DNA of 64,000 nucleotides from Octopus bimaculoides (lineage: Eukaryota), in NCBI RefSeq assembly GCF_001194135.2, contig NC_068987.1:5843284-5907283 (forward strand), written 5' to 3'. This document shows, in pieces, positions 26,975-39,300 of the stretch; the first letter of the stretch is position 1, and each line of letters opens with the position of its first letter. A program made the position numbers and the translations under genes. The notes under the pieces are model-generated. The model worked only from the letters and a program-made list of their open reading frames with translations. It ran no database searches and was not told where the DNA came from.

Positions 26975-27469
26975 AGGCATGGCTGTGTGGTAAGGAGCTT
27001 CCTTGCCAACCACATGGTTCCGGGTTCAGTCCCACTGCGTGACACGTTGGGCAAATGTCTTCTACTATAGCCTCGGGCCGACCAAAGCCTTGTGAGTGAA
27101 TTTGGTAGACAGAAACTGGAAGAAGCCCGTCGCATATATATATATATATATATATANNNNNNNNNNNNNNNNNNNNNNNNNNNNNNNNNNNNNNNNNNNN
27201 NNNNNNNNNNNNNNNNNNNNNNNNNNNNNNNNNNNNNNNNNNNNNNNNNNNNNNNNNNNNNNNNNNNNNNNNNNNNNNNNNNNNNNNNNNNNNNNNNNNN
27301 NNNNNNNNCCCCCATAACGTAGCGGTTCGCTATAACAGAACAATAGAATAAGTTCTAGGCTTACAGAGAGTAAGTTTTGGGGTCTATTTCTTAGACTAAC
27401 ACCCTTTCAGTCGGTGTTCCAGCATGGCCGCAGTCAAATGACTGAAACAAGTACAAAAATAATAAAAGA

Positions 27470-27470
<1 letters not shown>
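26975..27470 (+). mobile_element. Full-length SINE family B with internal microsatellite gap
   Basis: Matches 12388-12900. Confidence 0.9.
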
Positions 27471-27540
<70 letters not shown>

Positions 27541-27553
27541 TGATGATGATGAT
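27470..27553 (+). repeat. (ATA)n(ATG)n tract continuing from the SINE tail
   Basis: Direct reading. Confidence 0.95.
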
Positions 27554-27606
27554 GAACCCGGAACAATGTGGTGGGAAGCAAGCTTCTTATCACACAGCCA
27601 CGCCTG

Positions 27607-27638
<32 letters not shown>

Positions 27639-28616
27639 GACACACACACATATATATACCTACACACACAAACATATATATATTTCCCTGTGTGTGCGCG
27701 CGCGCATGTATGCGTGAATAGGCGTCTATATGCATGTATGTGTATTTGTAATACACATACCTGAAATCATATTAATGTAAATGGGGAGAAAAAAGAAATG
27801 TAGCTGTAGAGGAAAGACAATGTGTGTGTGTGTGTGTGTGTAGAGGAAGTGACAATAAGTGTGTATTTGAATGTGCATGTCCCTACTAATGCTAACGAAA
27901 TTGACAATATATAAACCAAATTAGGAAAATGAACATGATTCATTGGTGTTTATTGGAGAAGCTGTGCCAATCTATCTTTATTAAATTATCAACGGATTTG
28001 CTGAGTTCGGTTTTATCAAATTTGATTTTCAACCTGTTTTTGTGATGTTTTCTCTTAGGGATTATGTTGTGTTGCTTTTCCATCACCAACCTAATTAAAA
28101 TGTCTTAAAACACTGCGTGGAAGAAATTCTAGACGAAGTCAAGTTGATGGAGTGATTCTGTTCCCTTCCCAGTGGATTTTCATTTTGTAGTATTTCTTAA
28201 CGATCCTTTAACAACGGCTATTCTATTAAGTGAAAGTCGTCTTATTAAGTAGCTTCTATCAAGATTATTTTATCTCTGGTAGAATATAGAATCAAACGCT
28301 GTACGACGCCTCAACTAAAATTTGTATCTGTGGAGCCTATATTTTGAAAAGTTATGCGTTTTTGTTGTTGCAATAATGTCACCTCTGTAGTAATTCAATA
28401 GTTTTAAACTTTTTAGTCAAGTCTGGATTAATCTCAAATGGAAAATCATAAAAGATATACTGGCGTATATATTTATACCGCAGAAAAAATGTATTTTTTA
28501 TAATATTGTTGTTATAAAAATATTGAATTCCGATTACGTTATCGTCAATTCAATACATCCAAGTAGCTGAATGAAAAATGCCATCGATCAAAAAATTCGT
28601 ACTGGGAAGTACCTAA

Positions 28617-28836
28617 ATATTCTTTTCTACTGTAGGCACAAGGGCCGAATTTTTTGGGAGAAGGGGCCAATCAATTAGATCGACCCCAGTATACAACTGG
28701 TACTTAATTTATCGACCCCGAAAGAAAGAAAGCCAAAGTCGATCTCGGCAGAATTTGAATTCAGAACGTATAGACAGACGAAATACCGCTAAGCATTTCG
28801 CCCGGCGTACGAACGTTACTGCCAACTCGCCGCCTT
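28617..28836 (-). mobile_element. Full-length SINE family A
   Basis: Matches the reverse complement of the 51080ff head and the 51420-51473 tail. Confidence 0.92.
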
Positions 28837-28845
28837 AAATACATC

Positions 28846-29279
28846 AATCCTTTCTACTAGAGGCACAAGGCCTGAAATTTCGGGGGTGTGGACTCGTCGA
28901 TTACATCGACCTCAGTGTTTCACTGGTACTTAATTTATCGACCCCGAAAGGATGAAAGGCAAAGTCGACCTCGGCGGAATTTGAACTCTGAACGTAAAGA
29001 CAGGCGAAATACCGCTAAGCATTTTGTCTGAAATGCTAATGTTTCTTTTTTATTTATTGTCCACAAGGGGCTAAACATAGAGGGGACAAACAAGGACAGA
29101 CAAAGGGATTAAGTTGATTACATCGACCCCAGTGCGTAACTGGTACTTAATTTATCAACCCCGTAAGGATGAAAGGCAAAGTCGATCTCGGCGGAATTTG
29201 AACTCAGAACATAAAGGCGAACGAAATGTTGCTAAACATTTTGTACGGCATGTTAATGATTTTGCCAGCACGCCACCTT
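28846..29279 (-). mobile_element. SINE family A dimer (29046-29279 plus 28846-29045)
   Basis: Same arrangement and junction (..caataaataaaaaa|gaaacattagc) as 7905-8346. Confidence 0.9.
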
Positions 29280-29356
29280 GATGATGATGATGATGATGAT
29301 GATGACGTCGACGATGGCGACGACGACGACGACAATGATGATGATAATAAATACCG

Positions 29357-29913
29357 TGATGCAGTACCAGGCATTTGCACTCATGACTTCTGATTTTAAA
29401 TGGTTGGAAGTGTTATCATGTCCATTTTGTCTTTGTATAAAAGATGGGCTACAGCAAATATTCTGCTCAATACCACAGATTTGCTTGTCAGTTGTTTGAC
29501 CGTAACCAGTTGAGCATGTCCCTTGGTGGCTGACGATATGTGCCGATATGTGCATCTCTGATCACTAGTAGAAGTAGTGGCGGAGCATCATAGCCATGTG
29601 TTGAGAGGAATTCTTTGTAATTTGAATAATTCACCTTTGGAAACATGAGTATTTCTTTCAACATCCTCAAACAACCCTTATTCAGGGACCTTTTGAGCGG
29701 GATGGGCTACTCGACGGGATGAAAACTCTAAATGGGCCCCACCTTCAATGCCATGCGCTATTTATCTTGGTATGAGATCACCATGTCGCGCACATATGGT
29801 TGTGATGCATGTGCCTGGTGTACCCTTATCAGAAGGGTAGTCATGATGTGTATACTGGGCTTCGTATATTTTACGCCAGTGTCACTTTGATGGCATTTAC
29901 TGTTCACTTATTA
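29357..29913 (+). mobile_element. Probable 5'-truncated LINE 3' region ending in (AAT)n
   Basis: Unique-looking block ending ..gtgtcactttgatggcatttactgttcact, then (AAT)12; resembles a common octopus repeat from memory; single copy here and clade unverified. Confidence 0.45.

Positions 29914-30003
<90 letters not shown>
29914..30003. repeat. (AAT)12 directly abutting (TAT)18, a self-complementary microsatellite
   Basis: Direct reading. Confidence 0.95.
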
Positions 30004-31204
30004 GGTGATGATGATGATTTCACGTTCACGAGTCTAAAAAATACATTGTGAGAAGAGAAAAGTCAATAATATGAAACTGGAGTATTTTATCGATGCGGAA
30101 AAATCGAAAAAGCGTAATCGACATCAGCTGGATTTGAAATCTCAAAATAAAATTACAATCACAGAAACAGGATAACCCTAAAATTTTTGATTGATGAATT
30201 AATAAAACCAGATTTAAAAAATAAAATATTATCATTTATTGTTTTCAGATACTTTATAAATATTAAATTTCTGAATAATTATAATCAAAATTTAATAATC
30301 AAATTCTTGACAAGACTGTCATTTAGTTTGTTTAATATTTTTAATCAGACTGTCAGCAGGCTTATTCTAATATTTATTTTTACCAACAGCACAAAGACAA
30401 ATATCTATGGGAAGTAGTTAAGTCTATCAAATAGACGTCACTGCATCATTCCTGCTTATTTTATAAAACATGAAAGAATGAAAGCCAACGTCATCCTCGG
30501 CGGAAGCTCTTTCTTCTTAAGCGGATATTAACCTTTGCCATTGTTACTGACCTGCAAATAAACACTGCTAATTTCTGAATGATTCAGAATTTACATTTTC
30601 CTTTAGATATGACATAAATAACAATAGGATTCACATCTTGAGAATACTGAAGCGGCAAAATGTCACAAATTCTTCAAATATTCTAATGATTTGTCTTAAT
30701 TATGAAGAATCATTACAATGTTGGTTCATAGTTAAATGGCATTTTCCTAGCAGTGAATCAGTGAATCAATACAAAAGCAACTAATACTTTTTAATACCAT
30801 ACAATCATCAAGATCACCACCATCAGCACCACATCCAGGAAATATTCTTGGTAGCTGTAGCTAATTATATTCATAACAGAATTTAAATAATCAATGCTCC
30901 TGACTTAGCTAACTTTTACATCACAGATATCTATAATGCCCGTCTGAGAGGACAAGGAATCCAGTATCAGCTGAAAGGATTATTATTTAGAATAAATTAA
31001 GTTGTTTTCCTGGTTTCCTTCTACAGATCATAGAATGCTCTGCTGATGCAACGTTTCCGTTTTCGTTGGATTTTGGGTATAACACCAACTAATCGGTTCT
31101 AATAAAGTGTATTGATAAATTTATTTAGACACTTCTTGCGAAATTCTTTGATAAAGAAATAATGATCATTTCCCTCATTATAGAGACTACAATACTATTT
31201 TTTT

Positions 31205-31585
31205 TCTTTTACTCTTTTACTTGTTTCAGTCATTTGATTGTGGCCATGCTGGAGCACCGCCTTTTAGTCGAGAAAATCGACCTCAGGCCTTATTCTTTGT
31301 AAGACTTGTACTTATTCTATTGGTGTCTTTTGCTGAACCGCTAAGTTACGGGGACGTAAACACACCAGCATCGGTTGTCAAGCGATGTTGGGAGACACAC
31401 ACACACATACATACATATATACGACGGGATTCTTTCAGTTTCCGTCTACCAAATCCACTCACAAGGCTTTGGTCGGTCCGAGGCTATAGTAGAAGACACT
31501 TGCCCAAGGTGCCACGCAGTGGGACTAAACCCAGAACCATGTGGTTGGTAAGCAAGCTACTTACCACACAGCCACTCCTGCGCCT
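31205..31585 (-). mobile_element. Near-intact SINE family B with short internal microsatellite
   Basis: Minus-strand head aggcgcaggagtggctgtgtggtaagtagcttgcttaccaaccacatggttctgggtttagtccc; complete tail. Confidence 0.95.
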
Positions 31586-32263
31586 ATGATTATATAAATC
31601 TTCTCATTCCTCTTCAAACATTCTCTTCTTTCCGTGAAGTAACTACAAAAGCTTGATTAAGCTTTTGTAGTTACTGGCCAATTTTCCTTGATTTCCAAGT
31701 AACATTTCATGTATGGGGAGTAAAGAGAGGAACTAAGGTTCTATCTTTGCTATCTTAAGAAAATCCTCACTCCATGAACTTCATAACAAAATCTTTTATC
31801 GCATAGGATAAAAGATTTTCGCATTTCTTTCAAACGTGAAGATTAAAATAGAATATTTGCAACACAAACACAATAAAAAAGAAAAATGTCAGAGAAATGA
31901 CAGCAAGAATAAAAGTGAAAAATAAAACTCAGGTGAAGGGGAAAATTGAAAATTAATTAAATAATCGAATATTTTTCAAATTTCGATAAGAAATGAGTAA
32001 CAATAACAATGAAGATGAGTAAAATAATTGAAGAATAACACTAAAATCTTCTCAGTAAACCGAAAATGTGTATGAAAAATATTTAAGAATCTTACAGGTG
32101 TATACACTCTTGGTGTGCACTAACATAAGTATATTAACTAGAGAGGGAAAGATATCTCAGTATGCGTTGAAGTCATATTCCGTAATATCTTTGTAAGATA
32201 AAGCTTTAAACTCTCATTTCGAAGTATTGACTATGTATTTAATTTCCTTCATCTGCACACATT

Positions 32264-32323
<60 letters not shown>

Positions 32324-32655
32324 NNNNNNNNNNNNNNNNNNNNNNNNNNNNNNNNNNNNNNNNNNNNNNNNNNNNNNNNNNNNNNNNNNNNNNNNNNNNN
32401 NNNNNNNNNNNNNNNNNNNNNNNNNNNNNNNNNNNNNNNNNNNNNNNNNNNNNNNNNNNNNNNNNNNNNNNNNNNNNNNNNNNNNNNNNNNNNNNNNNNN
32501 NNNNNNNNNNNNNNNNNNNNNNNNNNNNNNNNNNNNNNNNNNNNNNNNNNNNNNNNNNNNNNNNNNNNNNNNNNNNNNNNNNNNNNNNNNNNNNNNNNNN
32601 NNNNNNNNNNNNNNNNNNNNNNNNNNNNNNNNNNNNNNNNNNNNNNNNNNNNNNN

Positions 32656-32737
<82 letters not shown>

Positions 32738-33718
32738 GTATATGTATGACAACTTACTGATTGTCCTTTAAGATATATATATATACATATATCCAAAGTA
32801 TTCCTATACTTCTGGATTAAAAGGAGAATAAAACTTGGTAAATTATATTCTAATTCTCGAGAGTAACACTAACGCCTAGCTGTGAAATGACTAAAGCTTG
32901 AAATCGAAATCGCATCGCTGGCTTGCCTTGGTTATACTTCACTGCAGATCTGGTTTCTGATAAAAGTTGATTTTATGCGAAGCAGCTTCTTGAAGACCAA
33001 CATAGAAAATACATGTGTGCGTGTGTACGTATGCACGTGTCTTTGCAATTATATGTGCGAGCGTGTATGTAATGCTATACTTTATATTCCTCTAGTGAAT
33101 TTCGCTTGAAGTGCTGAGAATATATTGCTCTTATGTCAGTATTTGATAACTGTTTAATGACATTCTACTGACTCGTATTTAAACTGGAAATCAATAGTTT
33201 TTTTCATTATTAATGCTATTGTGAGTTTTATTATCTCAGAGGGTTTTTTTTTCAATTTATTGAAATCTATTTCTCTGGAATCCATAAGACTTCAGAATCC
33301 ATCTCCATTTCATTTTCAAGTTATTTCATCAATCACATATAAAAGTGAGAAAATACCAAAAAATATTTAAAAACATTATTCGTATTTCATTTCTTAATTT
33401 AGATCTGTAAACGCCTCGTGGATTACAATAAGTTTACGAGAATTAGGCCACGTTTTAAAATTCTCTCGTAGCATAGTCTTCAGCATAAACGGGTGATAAC
33501 CGATTGGAGAAGCAATTTTAGTGACGGCAGATAGATAATGATATTGGAATGTAAAGTAAGATTATAGGATATTCATAGAGTTCTGACAAAAGTGAAGTGA
33601 AATGTTATTATGCTGGAATGAATTTCCGGATTTAGATAAGAATCTTTAATATGTTAATTAAAATCCAAATTTTGCATCTAGCGCAGAGAAACTTTACAGA
33701 GAAGCACGTCTTTTCAAT

Positions 33719-33937
33719 CATTTACTTTTTATCAGTCATTAGACTGCGGCCATGCTGGGGCACCACCTTGAAGATGTTTAGTCGGACGAATCGACCCCGG
33801 TATTTTTTTAAATCCTTGTACTTATTCTATCGGTCTCTATTGCCGAATCGCTAGAATATATAGGGAGGTAAACACATGAACTTCGGTTTCAGGCAGCGGT
33901 GGGAGACACAGAGAGACTCAAACACACACACACACAC

Positions 33938-34005
<68 letters not shown>

Positions 34006-34178
34006 GTATATACGTAAGTGTGTGACGGGTTTATTTCAGTTTCCGTCTACCAAATCGACTGGTAAAGCAGTGGTTGGCCCTATCCTATAGTACACATCAC
34101 TTGCTCAAGGTGCCACACAGTGTGACTGAACCTGGAATCATGTGGTCGCAATCAATTGTTTTCCCACACAGCTACGTC
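33719..34178 (-). mobile_element. SINE family B with internal (CA)n(TA)n
   Basis: Head and tail match other copies. Confidence 0.85.
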
Positions 34179-35952
34179 AGCAGAAAAAAGAACTAAAATT
34201 ATGTAAATTTAGACAGAAGTTCGAGAAAAAAGCTGTGAGAAAAATGTACAGAATTCTTAATTAATATAAATGGTACAAGAGAAATTTAAAAAGAATACTT
34301 ATATGAAAATATTCTTTTATATATTTAATAGTCGTTATGAGCGGATTGTGTAAAATTATCCGTTTCTGGTTCTACTAAAATACCTGGTATCTTAGGCAAG
34401 TATCTACGAACATAGCTATGAGTCAGCTCGATGAATGCCTTTTGCAAGTAAATTAAGAGAAACAGCATCCACTGCGGTGTAAATGCGCACAGGTGTATGA
34501 CTTTTCTAGAAAGAATGTAATTTAGGATAATCCAGTTTCAATTATATGAATTTAGTCAGAATATTTCGAGAAAAATCTTGTGCTAGGACGCAACAGCCTC
34601 CTAAGCAGACCGAGTGCAGATATGAATAGCATATGGGAACCGGTATTTAAGGAAGGATACGGAAATATTATAGGATTCATGAGAATCTAGGCACATCAGA
34701 AATTGACTAGGAATAATAATATACGATAATAGTAACAGGGAGGTAGAACAACCATGATGGTAACATGTGCTGGTAGCTTACTGTAGCTATGTACGTACCA
34801 AATCCAATATAAATCGTAAATCCGACCGAGGGCTGGTTCTAGGTGCGGCATAAGTAAGAAGAAACAAACATGGGCTTAAAATTTACAATACCTTAAATTC
34901 CATTTGTGTCCCTAAACTAGAAACTTTTGCATAAGTATTACCAGAATTAGAATTCCAATGAACGACACTCACGCAGTATCTGTGGTATAAAATGAACAAA
35001 ACCTAACACAAAATAAGAAATCAAGAAACCTTTCAACAAGGACAAGAAGTGCAGCGAATATATATTTCCCTCATCAGTTGCCTATCGGTTGTTAGTATGG
35101 TTTCGACACCTGGACAATACCACTCTATTCGGCGGTTTCAACAGCATTAATAGCATAAACGATGCCTGAGAAATAAATGGACAAGAAGCAGAAGAGAAGC
35201 ATTAGAGTAATTTGCCCATTACATCTATGCTTGCTTGTTGTTACAACTACAAACATGAAATGGAAAACATAAACCACTTCATACCAATACCTACAGAGCA
35301 CCGGAATTAAAATTACTACATATGAAATGTGGAAATACGTTCAAAAAGAAAATTGCTGCCTCAAGAATTATAGAACCTAAAACGAACTTAACGCAAAGCA
35401 CAAAAATAATTGAACTTGGTGGAGGACATACGTTACCAATACATTAAATGGAACATAATAATAACCTAAGGAATAACTTAACTAGAACTTCAAACATAGA
35501 GAATAATTAAAGAACATAAACTATTAGACATTGCTACTCCACAATCTATGACTTATATTTCAAACGTGAAAATATAATTAAATCGAACCGAACACAAACG
35601 AGCAGAATGACATATAATATCACTTATCACTTTAACTATCAGGCTCCAATCTTCCCAAAACAAACTTATGTATGTGTGTAAGTGTATATATATANNNNNN
35701 NNNNNNNNNNNNNNNNNNNNNNNNNNNNNNNNNNNNNNNNNNNNNNNNNNNNNNNNNNNNNNNNNNNNNNNNNNNNNNNNNNNNNNNNNNNNNNNNNNNN
35801 NNNNNNNNNNNNNNNNNNNNNNNNNNNNNNNNNNNNNNNNNNNNNNNNNNNNNNNNNNNNNNNNNNNNNNNNNNNNNNNNNNNNNNNNNNNNNNNNNNNN
35901 NNNNNNNNNNNNNNNNNNNNNNNNNNNNNNNNNNNNNNNNNNNNNNNNNNNN

Positions 35953-36007
<55 letters not shown>

Positions 36008-36299
36008 CAGCATGCATGCCTATGAGTGTGAATGTGGGTGAAGGGAACCAGCGGCACTGTACTGTTAATATTTTATTTCTTGCTCACTTTGATTAACACC
36101 GTATAAACCGTGAACAGTTAAGGACTGCGATCAAAAGTATGTTAGCAGTGATGGTCATTTATGGCCTTCAAATATATATTGAAAACTACATTATCCAACA
36201 TGCCACTTCAGATAAATATATGATTTCAGGGAAATTTAGTTGTTATTTCTAAAAAAATTTACTACGTCGCCTTAGCGTGTTGAACTAATAAATTCTTGA

Positions 36300-36950
36300 T
36301 GGTTATACATCATAATTCGCTGTATAAATATAACAAAATGTAGCGTTGCCAGCAATTAGTTATATGCCGCATCGAAATCAATAGTTACAAGTCCTTTAAT
36401 ACAGCGATTATATTGCCTTTATCATTTCTGATTTTACTATTTCAAAATAATCATGAAATATAGGACATAATATGATGTTTATCATAGACTTCAATAATGG
36501 ATACTACAAAAAGGAAGAAAAACAAAAAGGCGAAAAAGGAAAGGACATTCACAAATTATTTATAAATTTTCGATTCTTCAAAGTTATCATCTTTGATCTT
36601 GTGAGGCTGCGCATTGTGTTAGCTATTTCGAAAACCATCAATCAAAAAGCATACTACCACTGATGAAAGAATTCCCATAAGTGATAAATAAATTTGGTTG
36701 ACTCGCCTCTTATTTCTTGATCTTCATCAAAACGAATTTAATGAGATTTTAATAGGATAGTCGATTAATATCAACCATATTGCGAATGTGTGTCGCTTCC
36801 AAATGCGTTATGTTCATTAAACATTTTCCTTCATTATGCTAAAACGTTAAGTGTAAAATATTTACTTAGTCATTACTTTACCACTATTTAGACATAACCA
36901 ATGAAGCTTATAAATCGTCGAGGAGGTCTAATAACACGAAAACCATTCTA
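36300..36950 (-). mobile_element. Possible very old CR1/Jockey-like RT relic
   Basis: Minus-strand fragments NGFR, NAFGS and LIDGFRNS*HNAQPH occur in the order of QYGFR / KAFD / V.IDG..S....AGVPQG; many stops and frameshifts. Confidence 0.3.
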
Positions 36951-37006
36951 GAGTTCTCTCCCCTACTTGTCAGTACCTTTTCTGTCACTGAATAATTTTT
37001 ACACAA

Positions 37007-37258
37007 CGCGTTGTGCCCTTCAGCAAGACAGTTTATATCATGTTGTTCCAGTTCACTCAGCTGGCAACAAGGAGTAATAATTGTATTTCAAAGGGCCAGC
37101 TTTGCTACATTCTCTATCACGGTGAATATCTCTGAGAACTACGTCAAGGGTACACGCGTCTGTAGAGTTCTAAACCACTTGCACGTCATTTTTAGGAGCA
37201 AGCTGTTCTATTGATCGGATCAACTGGAACCCTTGTCGTCGTAACCGCTGGAGTGCCA
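37007..37258 (+). mobile_element. SINE with family D core and family C tail, head truncated
   Basis: gcgttgtgcccttcagcaagaca..cagttcactcagctgg, then gagaactacgtcaagggtacac..ggatcaactggaaccct..gtaaccgctggagtgcca. Confidence 0.8.
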
Positions 37259-37878
37259 GTTGTAAGATATATTAACACTATTATCACAGCAGCCATTTTA
37301 CAATCTTCTTTAAACAACACCGTACTTTTTGAAAAACTTGTATTTCGTATAAACTGTCCAACTGAAAATATTAAATGCCTATTAACTACAAATTCGAATG
37401 GCATTTTAACTGCAAGTGCAGCAGAGTTTTCTCTCACTTCAGCATAAATCTCTGACGTCATCATACCCATACGTCATACACAGTATACCGATTTCTGTCT
37501 GCCTCAGAAGGAAGTTGCTATGGGCCGTGAAATTTGGTTTGCCGTTTTCTTCATATGAATCACTTTTTTTGATATTTTGATAATTTTGAGAATATTATAA
37601 CTCGTAAATGATGGAAAATTTAAAAATTTTATTGATTTTTGTTTTATAAATAAGTGATAATTTTTTTCCTTTGTTTTACGAACCGGCAGAAATAATAGTT
37701 TTATGCGTCATTAGTTTCAATAACAACCCCACCAAGGAAATATTCACTGATATCTTAATGTTCACTACTTCTTTTTGCAGGGAATCTAAGAAGAAAAAAA
37801 ATAAGTCTCTTTTAATACACACCGCCTCGCTAGTTTACAAAGGGAATAGGAAGGTCGTTAACCTCAGGGGATAGAAAC

Positions 37879-38037
37879 GTTCATTATTTACATTATTTAC
37901 ATTTGATGGATATTTGTCCTCATCTTATTCGTTGTTAACACAACGTTTCAGCTGATATACCCTCCAGCCATCATCAGGTGTCTTGGGGAAATTTCGAACT
38001 TGCGTTTTCATTTCTAAGGTATTTTTCGATGTTCTTG

Positions 38038-38040
<3 letters not shown>
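37879..38040 (-). mobile_element. Penelope-like terminal repeat fragment with hammerhead-core-like motif (37945-37977)
   Basis: Minus strand CTGATGA-T-GGCTG-gagggtatat-CAGCT-GAAAC; adjoins an (ATT)n tract. The Penelope assignment is inferred from the known association of these elements with hammerheads. Confidence 0.55.
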
Positions 38041-38085
<45 letters not shown>

Positions 38086-38087
<2 letters not shown>

Positions 38088-38148
38088 TGAACTCAGAACG
38101 TAAAGGCAGACGAACTATCACTATGCATTTCGCCCGGCGTGCTGACGA
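38086..38148 (-). mobile_element. SINE family A internal fragment
   Basis: tttgaactcagaacgtaaaggcagacgaa..gcatttcgcccggcgtgct. Confidence 0.8.
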
Positions 38149-39120
38149 ATCTAATGATTAAATAATGAAGCAATCAGGACTGGCCAACATACACAAATTA
38201 AATGCAGAGCGGATAAATATATGTTATTCTTAAAAACTGAAGTTTAAAAGAAATATAGTGAGGAAGTTTACTGGACTAGACAGCTTGGAATCTAGTTGGT
38301 TTAGGATTAGTTTCTGTAACGATTCTTGCATTAACATTCTAGTCATTTAGTTACAATTGATGGCAAATAAGCTGTCTTACAAATGCGGATTTGTTTTGAG
38401 GCCTTGACGTAGCAAAGAAATTCCAAATAAAAACAAAAGGGGTGGAATTCGAACCAGGAACGTTATCGATACAGCCTTATACCTCTCAGATTTCTATAGT
38501 ACTTCTTACATGAGGGAAGAACAGGAAAATAATCGAAATATAATTGGTGAATGCGACAAAAATGCCGTTGTGTGTCACTACAGTGTACAGTTTCAATTGA
38601 ATTAGAATACTAACTCGAATAGTGAAATTGTTTTACTAGTTTCTAAATTTTTTAATTTATATATCTGAATTCGGGATCTCTCATGTAAGTGAGGATTTCA
38701 ATCTAATAATATAATTTCAATGTTATAATTTTAATGCTATAAGCTAGGAGTTAGAACCTGGCTTTGAGCTGCAGACAAATTTCTAGTATCTAATCAGAAA
38801 TGATTAGTTTAAAATTCTTCCTTCGTTTATCTTCTGCCTTCAATCATTCGTATGCTAGTACAAATAAATATCTAATGATTAAATAATGAAGCAATCAGGA
38901 CTGGCCAACATACACAAATTAAATGCAGAGCGGATAAATATATGTTATTCTTAAAAACTGAAGTTTAAAAGAAATATAGTGAGGAAGTTTTCTGGACTAG
39001 ACAGCTTGGAATCTAGTTGGTTTAGGATTAGTTTCTGTAACGATTCTTGCATTAACATTCTAGTCATTTAGTTACAATTGATGGCAAATAAGCTGTCTTA
39101 CAAATGCGGATTTGTTTTGA
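38149..39120 (+). repeat. 251-bp direct duplication: 38149-38399 and 38870-39120
   Basis: Offset 721 bp; I found one mismatch (gtttactgg versus gttttctgg). Confidence 0.95.
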
Positions 39121-39300
39121 AGGCAAGCTGTCGTGTTATAATGAACCTACCGAGTTCAGTATTCAGATAGCGTATCTGAACAGGATAATGTTTCCTGATC
39201 TTCTAAAATAAAGTGTATTCAGTAATTTAGAAATCGAAGACCAGCAATTTGTTTTAGAACGATTTGAAAATATGTAGTATGGTTACTGTACAGAATAAAT

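Noticed and set aside
30540-31080. Faint CR1-like C-terminal motifs (LNYEESL; SFYRS*NAL)
   Set aside because: Similarity too low to separate from chance.
34900-35450. Possible zinc-knuckle-like ENINHF of an RLE element
   Set aside because: Cysteine spacing is not preserved and the surrounding motifs are unconvincing.
37290-37540. CRE (TGACGTCA, 37453-37460) and YY1-like gccatttt as a promoter
   Set aside because: Short motifs between repeat fragments; no other support.
38149-39120. TRIM or LTR element interpretation of the direct repeat
   Set aside because: No TG..CA termini, PBS/PPT or target-site duplication visible.
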